A stretch of 64,000 nucleotides of DNA from Neoconidiobolus thromboides FSU 785 (lineage: Eukaryota; Fungi; Entomophthoromycota). The stretch lies in NCBI GenBank assembly GCA_025603075.1, contig MU626274.1:1-64000 (forward strand). The letters run 5' to 3'. The position numbers were made by a program, and so were the translations under genes. Positions 12,840-24,561 of the stretch are shown here, piece by piece. Under the pieces are notes generated by a model. It did no database searches, was not told where the DNA came from, and was given only the letters and a program-made list of their open reading frames with translations. Positions within the stretch are counted from its first letter, which is position 1. Every line of letters starts with the position of its first letter.

Positions 12840-12914
12840 TTAAAAAGATAAAATTCGGATTTTGACTTTTTAGCAAAATTGGATTGAAACGTTTCATCTC
12901 TTTCCTTTTTATAA

Positions 12915-15083
12915 ATGGATTTAAATAATTATAAAAAAAGATTAGTCGAACTTGAAGATAAACTTATTAAGGTAAATAGAGTAGAATAATAGTATTATAA
13001 AATAACATTGATCTATTAAGGAATTAGATTCAATAGAATCCGAAAATACTCAGCTTTACGACTTGATTTCTAATGAACATTTTTTAAATTATCACCAGTT
13101 ATTTGTAAATATAATTTCAGAATATAAAAATAAACCAACTATCACCAATCAGCTATTAAGTGAACTATTAGACTTATTACAGTTTCAATATACATTTCTG
13201 TCAAATCAAGATCAGACCGAAACTAAAGGGTATAAATTAAGACAATTTTTAGCTGAACATATAATATGGGAATCTAGTTTTATTTACTATGAGCTATGTT
13301 TTCATCTGTATTTACAACAAGGTCAGATTGAGAACAAAGATAAAATGAATCAGTTCATAGTAAAGATAGAAAATAGGGTGAAACGGATTATAACGAATTT
13401 ATTGCTAAACCAACTTTCTCCAAAAGAAAGCCATTCCATTCTAGTTCAACATTTGCATAAGATAACAAGTTATCTAAATCAAATTACTAAAACAGAATAT
13501 GGACAAATTTATGAAGAAAGCAATAGCAATGAGACAATCGATTATGTGAAAATTGTAACCTGGTGTGACTTTTTATTAATTGAACTCAAGTCTGTGCTTT
13601 TGAAAATTGTACTCAAAACAACCAAAGCAAATGTAGTACCATTATATTTAGGGCCTGTTTTTAGTGATGTGTTACAAATAATCAATCTATTCAAACAAAT
13701 AAGTGAACAAGAGGAAGATATGACTATTACTTCAGCAAGAGTTGAAAGCATTATAATAAGTAGTTTAGAAATAGCAAAATTAATAAAAGATGAACATTTA
13801 TTTCACCATTTAAAGGTTATGGATAAAGATTCTTTAATTATGGTATTACTTCCTAGTCTAAAATTCACCTTAAGTATCAATGGCATATTTAATATTTACT
13901 CGCTTCATTCTAATTATAACGAGGATAATTTGATTTCAGTAAATTATTTCTATAATAAACATCCAAAATACAATATCATTCAAAACAATAACAACATATC
14001 AAACAATGATACTAGTAATGAATTAGAACAAAAAAGACGATTTTATATAAATATCCAAAAACTATCTTTTGATACCTCTACTATATTATTAGCTAGCATT
14101 ACTAACAATACACAACCGTATCTTGTTGACTTTAAATTGATGGATGAACCTCTTGTTTTATTAGGCTATTTATATTATATAGTTACAACTATCAAAATAA
14201 ATAGCATAATGACTATAAAAGAAATTCTAAATATAAATTCATTAATAGCCACGTTATCGAGTATAAATAGTGCCCCAATAGTATATCTAGATTACATAAG
14301 CTATATCCTATTAAATTGTTTTGAAACAAGTATAATTAATTTAAGTGGCAATATAGAACAAGTTATAAAAACATGGACAGATGATGTGATTAACTGCCCA
14401 AATCCTAAACTTCGATTTGTAATGTATAAAATATTACAAAATTTATTATTCAATTTAAATGATAGCAATAAATTCAACGTTATCTTAAACTTGGTCATAT
14501 TTTATTTAAAACCCAATTTGATATCAAATGCACTTGAAATGTTGGTCGATTTATTACAAATTAGCGTTGTTGAGGATGCAAGTACCAATAAAACAACCAA
14601 TTTTGTCAAGGTTAATTTATGGGCAGCTTATTTACCTTTATTATTTGATTTTCGTCAACTTTTGCCACCAATTTTAACTCATGGCTCTGTAACTAATGAC
14701 GAATTAGTACTTAGTGTAGAATATATAAAACAAAATAATAAACTTCTAATAAAGCTTCTCAATTTTATAAAAGTAACTCTAATGTTAAAAGAAAAGAAAA
14801 AACTAGTAAATAATGACTATTGATATTACTTTTTTATACAATTAACTATTATAATTATAGGATTACTCTTTTAAATATACTATAAACGAACTTGAAGTAA
14901 ATTTTGTAGGACCGTTAAAGCAGTATCTGGCTATTATTATGGATAACGTAAGTTAACTATTTTGTCTCGAAGTTTATTATTAATATCACTATTACTTAGA
15001 TAAAGGAAGACGATGAGTTAATCATATCATACCTTAATGATACTTTAAATAATACCTTTGAGTTTATAAAATTAATAAAATGA
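12915..15083 (+). CDS. Probable YAP-binding/ALF4/glomulin-family helical protein, multi-exon
   Basis: Exon 12915-12971 splices in frame into ORF 13063-14823. All-helical Leu-rich protein with CPNPKLRFVMYKILQNLL..KFNVIL, resembling the family's conserved block (recalled, not searched). Confidence 0.5.
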
Positions 15084-15113
15084 TTTTAGTATAAAATATT
15101 TATTTAATATAGC

Positions 15114-15599
15114 TTAGTTTTCATTCTCCTTTTTAATATCCATATTTGGACTTTGTTGAGGTAGTATGCTACTTAACGAACTAACTGAGTTATGCCATGG
15201 CTGTGGTGAACTGATAGTATTATTTACTAAAGAAAAGTTTTCTAGACTAGTAATTAAATTTTCTGTAGCCCAAGGCGATAACGGTATTGGTGAATTAAAC
15301 CCAGAATCATACCCAGTATCCATATCTCTTTCATTCCCTTGTGGCGAAGTTAAACTTATATTTCTTAATCTTATAATCAAAGGGGAGTTAGGAGGTAAGA
15401 TAGGAGAATCTAATCTTTTATTTTCAAATGGTGAATTATTAAGCTTCAAAGCTGGAGAGTACCCTTTTTCTGTTGAATTTTGCCTTTGTAAGTTAAGAGA
15501 AGAAATAGATGGTGATAATTGTAAGTTTAAATTTTTCGGATTTCTACTTCCTTTTTTTGCTAGCTTATTTAAAGATAAATTCAAAGAGTTTGATCGCAT
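15114..15599 (-). CDS. Small disordered Ser/Pro-rich protein (161 aa) with MAPK-docking-like and degron-like motifs
   Basis: ATG-started single-exon ORF with biased composition and recognisable linear motifs. The overlapping + strand ORF is its antisense shadow. Confidence 0.7.
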   Translation of the reverse strand: MRSNSLNLSLNKLAKKGSRNPKNLNLQLSPSISSLNLQRQNSTEKGYSPALKLNNSPFENKRLDSPILPPNSPLIIRLRNISLTSPQGNERDMDTGYDSGFNSPIPLSPWATENLITSLENFSLVNNTISSPQPWHNSVSSLSSILPQQSPNMDIKKENEN

Positions 15600-17186
15600 G
15601 GATAGAATATAATAAATAAATAAATAAATGACTTATCTTATTATTTATATCATTCTCTCTTCAATTTATATTTAGGTACATCCCTGCTATTCTTAGTAAT
15701 TTTTTTATATTAATAGTGGTTTTAAATTGTTAATCCTTTTTTAAGTTGAAACTAAAGTTTAAAAGTTGATTAAAATTACTAGTAATAGTAAACAAATTTG
15801 TTAACCCACTTTTTAATAACAAAGCTTATTTTCTAAAATTTTATTAATTATAGTAAAAAATAATAATAAATAAAATTAAAAGTGATTATATTATTATTAA
15901 TTATTTAATAACTATAAAATATTATAAGATTATGTACAATATATATATTTGTTTTTAATTTAAAAACTTATTAAATTTAAGTGATTTAAACAATGATAAA
16001 TAGTTGGTCATGAAAGTATATTCATTTTCAATTACTAAATAACGATTGTAATATATCATAATATAATGTATAATAGAAGATTAGTTTGAAAAAGATGAAA
16101 GATTTTTTAGATGGTTCTTGATTTTAAAATTGTTTTACACTGTTACTTTTATCAAGAAAATAGAAATATTCATCATTTTTGTAGTTTTGTTTCAAAAATT
16201 ATGTACAAATACTAAAGTATTTTTTAATACAAAGTATCGGAAGTATTTAATATGGTTTAACAAACGTCTAAGAATTTTATATTAGGTTAAAAAACATGAA
16301 ATAAATTCCATTTATTATACTTATCGTTTCAGATGAATAAATAAAAGTTATTTTTAGTATTTACTTGTCATATTTTTACATAAGATTTATTAATTTATTA
16401 AAATTTTATATCATTAATGATTATTATTTCTCATTTAATTAAAACGTGAAGCAACTTACAATTAAAAAATGTGGTTTTGGTAAAATGGATATGTTATAGT
16501 TTGTGCTTTATTAAGAGAACTATAAAAAACGACTATGTAATATTTCCAAAGCAACTGACTTGTCTCAGTGAGATGTTGATTGTTTGAGCTAGATGGGTAA
16601 CCTAATCAAAGAAAAAACGAAATTCACTAAGATTTAGAATTCAATAACAAACTAGATTTTAGGTAGGCTTTTACAACTATTAAACCTCCACTATGTACTT
16701 AATAGCGATAATATTTATAAGAAAAGATTTGTGTTTTATGCCAATTCATAGCCTAATGATCAGTTATTTTGTTTTAAAATAAGTAGTTAGCATCTATAAG
16801 TGAAATTTAACAGCTGTATATACATCCAGGTTTTTAGCTTGCTTTTTTTAACCATTTTTGAAATATTATTAAGTGGATTTTGTAGAGTTCTTCAAAAAAG
16901 ATATGTCCATATAATACAAATTAAATAATATTACTTAAGTAATTGTAACAAATATTGGACTTGTATACTAGGTGTTCTTTAAACAGTTATTAAGAATACA
17001 TATGGGTTAAAGTCAAAGTTTTTAAGCAATCGGTTCTATTAACTTTTGAATAAATTAGATACACATGAAGAAACATCTTCAACTATCCTTAGAATTTACC
17101 GTATGCTGTATAAACAACTTGTTTTGATATCTTTAATAATAACTTTATATCTATCATATTGTTTTTTAAATCAAATACGATATTTA

Positions 17187-18138
17187 ATGGGTACGATAAC
17201 TTTATCAGTTTCTATCTCTATCTACCTTATCTATATATTTACAGTGATTATATTAGCTATAAATTCATTTTTAATATATGGGGGTGTTTTTTTTACTTCA
17301 TCACTTTTTTCATCTTTTAAGCACTATTCGAGTGTAAAAATTCTTAATAAAATTATTAAATACAGAAATACATCCCCATATATTTGTTCACATATTAAAT
17401 CATTTGTTAATGATTTAAAGTTAACAGCAGCTATAGATAATATTTACTATCTTATATATAAAGCGAAATTAAACGATATGATAGTGCATTGTCAAATACT
17501 TGGTCTTCTTATTAACATTATCTTGTTATTTTGAAGTTCAATTAAATACATTTCCAGCTGCAGAAAGGTTGAACAGTAACAAAAGTTAAGTTATTATTAT
17601 ATGTGAATGTTATATTATATACAAATACTTCATCTATGATGCTATTTTTATTCATTGGCGCAGCTCTAAATACAATGACTCCAGATTTATCAGGATCAGT
17701 ATATATATTATCTGTAAATAAAATGATCATCGGCTCAATCGTATACTATTATTTGTTGTCAAGTTTTTTTATTGGTATTTTAATGATATCTTTTTACTAT
17801 CATAAGTCAATAAGGAAGTTTACTATGAAGAACTTTGTTGAAATGGTTTCAGTAGATTCTATCATAAAAAAATAAACGAAATTCAAAGTTTAATTCAACT
17901 TCAAGATATATGCAGTATTAGTAATATATGTCTTTTGTATATCTAGTTCAATTTTATTTCAATTGTTAGGAACTTCACTTTATTATGGGAAGAAAAAAGC
18001 AGATAATATAAAATTCATCCTTACTCAGATTGGATGTATATTGTTTGTCATCGAGATTTTAGTTCAATGTTGCTTTTGACATTACATATATGTATTTCAA
18101 GAGAAACAAATAAAGTGTTAGATCATATTAAATGTTGA
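17187..18138 (+). pseudogene. 7TM receptor pseudogene, paralog of 29931-30836
   Basis: INSFLIY..DLKL..CQILGLLIN, IGSIVYYYLLSSFFIGILMISFYYHK and LLLTLH..HIKC* align to the 29931 protein. Carries a MITE insertion, a TM2 deletion, premature TGA at 17532 and frameshifts. Confidence 0.85.
17280..17377 (-). mobile_element. MITE copy 4, inserted in the 7TM pseudogene
   Basis: Family TIRs and ATAT/ATAT flanks; removing element plus 4 nt restores LIY-ICSHIK colinear with the paralog. Confidence 0.9.
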
Positions 18139-18705
18139 TAATGTATCAATATAGCTAATTTTGCAGCATCAATAATATATGTTATCTTATTTGAATAGGA
18201 GCAATTCAATTTTTGTTAATGAAACATTAATTATATATATATTTAAATCAGAAAATAATTAATGTTGGTATCAAAAATTAAATATTCACCTCATTATCAA
18301 AATATTGCTGCTAATTTAATATAAAGTAGTCAAATTTAACTGTAAACATTTTGTTTTCATTTTTTACATCTTTATTCACATTATAACACTTTAGGTTTGA
18401 TAACTATAATATTTAAAATTACATGTTATAACAATAATACATATTACTTAAAAAAGTAAAGATTTTTTGATTAATTAAAAGTATCTTCAATTTAAATATT
18501 TTTTTATAATATTTAATTGTAATATTTAATTGTAATATTTAACATGCATTTTAATTTTAATTTTAAGAATTGCTTATTTTGTTGCAATTTTACCCAAATA
18601 TCAATTAATGATTGGTATAATTTTAAGATCACATTAATTTGAGTCATAGTTATGATTCACCTTCCTTTTCGACTCAAATTTTAAGAAGTCTCTCCTTCTA
18701 ACAAT

Positions 18706-19088
18706 ATGGTATGTACTTTAGATTAACTCGAATTAAATATATTAAAACAGACACATCCATCTTATACTTTTGATGTTAAATAAATGAAGGATATAATACA
18801 TTTTTCAAATATACATATTAATGCTTAAAGAATCTTAAAATTCAAATAATTAAAAATGTAAACTAAACATAGGTAATCAAATAGGATTCTAAACAAGCCC
18901 CAATTAAACTTGCTCGTGTTGTAAAAGTACTTGGTCGTACTGGTTCCCGTGGTGGTGTAACCCAAGTTCGTGTTGAATTTATTGATGATCCATCCCGTTC
19001 CATCATCCGTAACGTAAAGGGCCCAGTCCGTGAAAACGATATCTTGACCCTTCTTGAGTCCGAACGTGAAGCTCGTCGTCTCCGTTAA
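18706..19088 (+). CDS. RPS28: 40S ribosomal protein S28 (exon 1 is ATG only; intron 18709-18884)
   Basis: [58 protein letters not shown]; GTATGT donor directly after ATG. Confidence 0.95.
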
Positions 19089-19720
19089 AAATATTAATTA
19101 CAATATAAATTATATCTCTATGGAGATAATAAACTAAAAAGATGAAATAACGGTAATTTATTTAAAGCAACCACATATTTTCAATCTGAATTTATGATGA
19201 AATTTACTTTATTTAATGTTTTTAGCTTTAATTATAAGAGTGATATAATGTAGTGTAAAATTGAAAAAGATGATTCGAGTAGAAAAGTGAAGGAATGTAT
19301 GTTATTAAGGAAGCAAAAGATTTTAGAATGAGAAAATGGTAGACATTAATTTAACAATTTTATAAAATACAAGTTTTGATATTGTTGGTAATTCTCAATA
19401 TATTCATTAAGAGGAGATTCTTTAAGATAAAATTTAAAGCATTTATTAAACAAGTTATAATTAATGATAGAGTTTTCACCAATTGTTTGCATAGCTATAT
19501 CGCTTTATTTTTAATATTGTTTTTATTATATAGCTACCGTTTCTATATTTTTGTCTATAATAAAATATTTTGATACATAGTGTTTATTTTTGAGTATTAT
19601 TTTTGAGCTATAGCTATATAATTTATTAGGTGTTAACTAAAATAAAATGTTAAAAGTTTTAACCAATCATTCAAAATCAATATAAACTAACTTTTAGCTG
19701 TTAGTTTTTTAAATGATTAA

Positions 19721-20910
19721 ATGAAAAGGTTCATATTTAATAGATTCCTTAAACAAAATTGTTTATTTATTTTAAATAAGCACCAGATCAATCTTAATAC
19801 TATACTAAGTAAAAGATGCTATAACATAAACAAGACAAAAAAGGAAGAATCCAATAATTTATATATTTATATATTATCAATTACTTCACTATTTATTTTA
19901 TCTTATGGTGCATATCGTACTTTGTTATCTAACATTCATAAATTTCCACCAGAAGTAAGAGCAGAATTAAGAAGTGCATTATGGGCGAAGAATAAAGAAA
20001 AGGATTTAAACACAAGTGAAGTTCACTTAAAAGCTGCTATAGATAGCATGATTGAGAATAGTAAAATAGATAATAACTCATGGCTCTTAATTGGAACTAT
20101 TTTAGAACTAGCAGAAGTATATAAAATGAACAATAAATTAACTGAAGCTATACGATCTTTTGAGCAGGCTTTAGTACATTTAGATCAAAATGACAGCATT
20201 GATCTAAATTTTAAGGATAGTATAAATAAAAAGAGTTTAAAAGAAGAAGAAAAAAACAAAAATAAAGCTCTAGGGATTTATCTTGAGCTCTATAGATTAT
20301 ATTTAAAAACGAATGATATAGTACAAAGTGATCAAAAGATTGAAAAAGCAATAGAATTAATTTTTGATGACTACTTGGATAACTCAAACAAAGGAAACAC
20401 GTACCATGAGCTTGATCATAAAATAAAAAAACCTAGTTGGCTTACAGATCAAGAATATTTGGCGGCAGTTGAAGAAATAGGATCTTATTATATTAAAACT
20501 GGGGGATTTCACCCAGCAATAGTCTTATATCAATTAGCTTTAAATAGCGGAAATGACCCGATTAAAAAGTCCATTCTATACTGCAATTTGGGTGTAGCTT
20601 ATCAAGGTTTGAAGTATAATGAGTTTGCTTTGAATGCTTTTAAACAAGGTATTTTAATATTAAAACAGGTAAAGGATGTGGAAAATGAGGATAAAGATAA
20701 AAACATGTCGACTTTATTATATAATTTAGGACTGACATCTGAGGTACTTTCACTTATTTTTAATTAAAAAATACTTACGTAATTTAGTTGAGTGGTAATA
20801 AAGAAGAAGCAAAAAAGTACTTCCAACAACTCTGGAAAAATAGAGGGAATTACCTTAAACATGTGGGCAAAAAGAAATGGAAAGTGGTAAAGGACTACTT
20901 AGATAAATAA
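19721..20910 (+). CDS. Mitochondrial TPR-repeat protein (Mgr3-like), 2 exons
   Basis: Basic presequence-like N-terminus, one TM, FPPEVRAELRSAL, several TPR-like helical pairs (LYCNLGVAY, LLYNLGL). Confidence 0.6.
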
Positions 20911-21147
20911 TTCTTTTGTAATCTTTATGAAATGAATAATCATACTATATTATGATAAATTGTTAAACCTATTGATTGTTGTCATCAATAAATAGTAAAT
21001 TTTATAGTAATTTATAGCAATAAAAGCATTCTATATTAATTTTTAATTTATTAAAAGATACATCTATTTTTTATAACAATAGATGCTATAATTATAATTC
21101 GATAAAAACTTCAGTTTTAAATTATTAAATCATCCCTTAGAAATATA

Positions 21148-22326
21148 ATGAATATTCAAAGTATTAAAAAAATAAACCTCAAACATCTTAGTCCCTTATT
21201 TATAAGACCTAGAAATATAGTTATACATAAAATGAGTTACAAAGTAGCCTGTGGTCAGTTTTGCGCAACAAACAATGTCGAAAAGAATCTATTAATTTGT
21301 AATTCACTAATAAAAAAAGCAAAACAAATGAAGAACAAAGTAAGGTTGAATTTGAATCATCAGCTTTAAACTAATTAATAGGCTATATTTTTCCCAGAAG
21401 CAAGTGATTTTATTTCAACAAGTAAAGAAGAAGCTTTCAATTTAGCTGAATCATTAGATGGTAATTTTATCAAAGAAATAAGTAAAATGGCAAAAGAAAA
21501 CGAAATCTGGATTGGAATTGGAGTCCATGAGAAGGTAACTATAAAATCATACTAATCCAGGCTATAAATAAATATTGTAAAAAAGATTGAAGACTCCGGT
21601 AAATTGTATAATACCTATACCTTAATGTCAGATCAAGGTAGTTTAGTAGTGAACTATAGAAAAGTACATCTGTTTGATATAGTAATTGGGATATTTTTTA
21701 ATAGCCAGAACTAAGATTATTGTAGAGCATTCATAATGGTCCAAACTTAAAAGAAAGTAACTATACAGAAGCTGGAAAAGAGATATCTTCTATTGTAGAT
21801 ACACCCTTTGGGAAAGTTGGATTAGCAATTGTAACTATTTATTATATGTATTTCATTTTTTTAAAAAGATTAGTGTTATGACATACGTTTTCCAGAACTC
21901 TCTCAAACTCTAAAAAATAAAGGGGCCGAAATAATTGTGTACCCATCTGTATTCACAATTAAAACTGGACAAGCTCATTGGGGTAACATACATTTTATTA
22001 ATGTTGTCTTTATTTAATATTAAGAAATCCTTGTACGAGCACGTGCTATTGAAACCCAATGTTACGTTTTAGCACCAGGACAAATAGGAAAGCACAATGA
22101 AAAAAGAGAAAGTTATGGAAACAGTCTTGTAAAATAAAATAAAATTTTCAGTTTTGGATCTAATTCACTTTTATAGATTGTGGATCCGTGGGGGGAAATT
22201 TTATCAGGATGTGGTGATAATATGCAGTCAATTTGTGATGGAACTATCAATCTTGGGTATTTGAAAAAAATAAGAGAACAAATGCCCTTAGTTTCCCATC
22301 GTAGAGAAGATTTATATTATAAATAA
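21148..22326 (+). CDS. NIT1: Carbon-nitrogen hydrolase, Nit1 / deaminated-glutathione amidase family, multi-exon
   Basis: VACGQF, FFPEASDF, YRKVHLFD, CYDIRFPE, HW|EILVRARAIETQCYV, SYGNSL|IVDPWG. Confidence 0.9.
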
Positions 22327-22426
22327 TAAATTTTAATGAAATGGACTAAATTGTTTATTTAAATGATAATAAATTTGACAAAACTATTAGACATTTTGAA
22401 GTAAATGTATAAGAAGCTTTATAATC

Positions 22427-23520
22427 TTAATTTTTTTGAACAATAGCAGATGTTTGATTGTTTTTAGCAATAAGCTTTCTTAACCCAAGTAAAAGCATAG
22501 TAACTGAGAAGGTGATTTTTTCCTTAACTAAAAATAAAATAATTTGAGATAATACGGCTTTCGAGATTTGAGCTTGCATTCCCTAAATATGATAAATAAA
22601 TTATACGCTTATATTTGAATTAGCTTACCTCATACCATCCAATTAAACCCTTGTTTTTTAAAACTCTTTTTAATACATCAATTGAATCTTTGTAAGGTTT
22701 ATATTCTGGATCATCAGTAACATGTTTAGGAGCTTTCCATTGTAATCTGACCTTGGCCATGATATATGGGTAAGTTACTATGGTAGCTATAGTTTTAGAG
22801 ATAGCTCCAATTACGAAAATTTCAAGAGCAGTCAAGTCTCTCTTTGCTTTAAGATTAAGCCAGTATCCTTTACACTTTTCAAAAACACCATATGTAATTG
22901 ATGGGTTTATCACTAAAACTAAAGATGGTTTAAGTCCTCTCCAAAGTCCAGAATACCCATCTTCTTCAATTATATCTTTCCATGTTTCAATCATACTTTT
23001 ACGATGTTCAGCTAAAGTAGTCTGCTGGCGAGTAACCGCAACAGAGACAGGTAAAGTGCATAATTGTGCTAAAATCCCAGCAACACCACCTACACTTAAC
23101 TCAGCCCAAGCAGGTAAAGTGGCATGCATCTCTCCAACCTTGGGCGTAGCGCGTTTAAGGTAATGATTTCTTATAAAAGTATAAAAGTAAAAATAAGCAA
23201 AGCTATTGGCCATTACTTGTAAAACACCAGTAGGTAACCCATTATAAACTCCAGTTATTCCTTCTTTTTCATAAACTCTTTGAATAACTTCTAACATAGT
23301 AGTTGGTCTTTTCTCACCTTCACTCTTTTCATCTGGATTTCCAACTGGAACTTGTAATACAGTTTTTGCTCTTATTTTGTTAAAAAATATTTATAAAGTT
23401 ATATAAAGCTTACAAATCTAATGGGTAAGTAGCTGTAAGGGCAAAAGCAGCTCCAACACCCCCAGATAAAGCAGCTCCAAAACTGGACCAGCTACTTGGT
23501 AAATCTTTTGAAAGTGACAT
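22427..23520 (-). CDS. ANT1: Peroxisomal adenine nucleotide transporter (Ant1/PMP34-like), 3 exons
   Basis: TYPLD, FAYFYFY, LVLVINPSITYG, KTIATIVTYPYIMAKVRLQ, GMQAQISKAVLSQ. Confidence 0.85.
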
Positions 23521-24561
23521 TTTGTATTCTAAATAATTATAAAATAACTCTTATTTCCGTTATTTTACGCTTTAAATTTACTTCGACGACTTTAAAACCA
23601 ATCAAAAACTATATTACAGAATTATTAGATCAAAGCCACATTAAGTAGCTAAATTTAGTTTAAACTCCCCATTTTGAATAGAAATTTAATTGATATTTTC
23701 CAAGCCTCATAATATTAACATGTTTCTATCATTTTTCTATTAAAACGTAATAATGATTATTTAGGTTTCTTTACGAACTTAAAATCAATCGAGCTTTTCA
23801 TTTCATTCTTAAAGGTAGTATTTGAAGTATTTATAACGCGGTTAAAATCCAAGTCCCATAAAATTCAAAGATCATACAAGTAGGTAGAGCTTTAAAATTT
23901 AGCTTTAGATACTTTATATCAAAATATTGAATCTTTTTTAATATTAGCTTTATATTATAGAAACTCCATAGGGCGTTTACTATACTAATGCTATTATGGC
24001 TGTTATAATTACTGCTTAGACAAAAATTCAAACTTAACAAAGATTAACTCAAAATAGTAATCTGGTGATTACACGATATATCCTTTTAAGATAAGGACAT
24101 GTTTGAAGATAAAAGAATATTCAAGCTTATACTTACGCCAATTCAACTAAAAATACTTATAAATTTAAACCAATAATATTAAGACAATTGTAATTTCATA
24201 GTAATAAGTAAATCAAACTAGATTACTCATTTTCTCTATTAAATCTTCAAATTGATGTAGTTTACTAAACTTTAATTTGCCTATTTTAACACAAACTTGG
24301 TTGTTTGGCAAAAGCATATTTTATATGCCAATCATCTATTCCATAATTATATCCTTAGGGATAGATATGTGCTAACGATTTCCCCTTTTTTAAAATGCAT
24401 AGAGTTAAAGTCCAATAAAAATCCAACTTAGTATTATGTAAAGGGGAGTCAAAAATCAGCTGATTTTTGCATAAACTTCAATACGTTTAAATTAAGACTC
24501 AAATTTGTAAATTTATTTTTAATTTTTTTGTAAATAAAACGTTAAACCAAAAAATTTACTT

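Noticed and set aside
11646-12914. Fluoride riboswitch near FEX
   Set aside because: No matching consensus seen, and the motif is not established in eukaryotes.
16450-16920. Slightly GC-richer, stop-riddled stretch that might be a TE relic
   Set aside because: No motif or in-window homolog to anchor a call.
19376-24040. ORFs 19376-19573 and 23831-24040
   Set aside because: Non-ATG starts, intergenic-like composition and no recognisable features.
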